Positions 44,592-44,893 of a stretch of DNA of 44,893 bases are shown here, piece after piece (position 1 is the first letter of the stretch; the number at the start of each line of letters is the position of its first letter). This stretch comes from a virus. Taxonomy: Duplodnaviria; Caudoviricetes. The notes beneath the pieces were generated by a model. It was not told the DNA's origin. It ran no database searches and saw nothing but the letters and a program-made list of their open reading frames with translations. A program made the position numbers and the translations under genes. Location: IMG/VR virus record IMGVR_UViG_3300022183_000013, positions 1 to 44,893 of that record. The stretch is one strand, 5' to 3'.

Positions 44592-44893
44592 CGCCGGAGA
44601 CTTGGGCCAAGGCCAAGCCCTTGATCGAGGCGGCGATACGGCGAGGCTTGCCCACGCACAATGCGGAAGATGTCCGCGAGGCGATCGAAGCCAAGACCAT
44701 GCGGCTTTGGTGCCACGGCGAGACAGCGATTGTTACCGAGATGGTTCAGTTCCCTCGACTGAAAGCGTGCCGGGTCGTTTTTGTCGGCGGGCGAATGGTC
44801 GATGTCGAGGAAATGAAGCCGGATATCGAGGATTGGGCGCGGTCCGAAGGGTGCGCGTTCATGTTGGCCGGTGGCCGAAAAGGTTGGGTTCGG
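44588..44893 (+). CDS. Conserved podovirus protein, possibly GNAT-like, 3' truncated by window edge
   Basis: GTG start overlapping the upstream stop; AIVTEMVQFPR...WARSEGC...GRKGW. Confidence 0.7.
   Translation, partial: MTPETWAKAKPLIEAAIRRGLPTHNAEDVREAIEAKTMRLWCHGETAIVTEMVQFPRLKACRVVFVGGRMVDVEEMKPDIEDWARSEGCAFMLAGGRKGWVR

Overview
This window is most of the genome of a GC-rich temperate tailed phage with podovirus/P22-like morphogenesis genes; gene families suggest an alphaproteobacterial host. It appears to be in the excised form, because an intact attP (3' half of tRNA-Gln-CTG) lies next to the integrase with phage genes on both sides. The order is: end of the late region, leftward early operon (int, xis, ssb, SSAP, DUF968, DUF1367), immunity switch with operators, rightward early/replication genes, then terminase, portal, scaffold, capsid and tail genes. 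The main candidate for a new system is a TnpB-derived protein (5594-6982, minus strand) that lacks its RuvC catalytic residues and carries a CRISPR-like leader plus array (36-nt repeats, 30-nt spacers, 66-nt period) in frame inside its own ORF. A second, related mini-array with the same geometry and leader motif lies just downstream, in front of xis-int. No cas genes are present. One spacer reads as a Sel1-repeat motif, hinting at a host-gene target. The major capsid gene is split by two group I introns, one apparently ending in A rather than G. It is followed by a free-standing HNH endonuclease whose RBS is sequestered in a hairpin. Two glycosyltransferase-like genes and an ART-like gene sit among the virion genes. 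All family calls come from motif recognition by eye, not from database searches.
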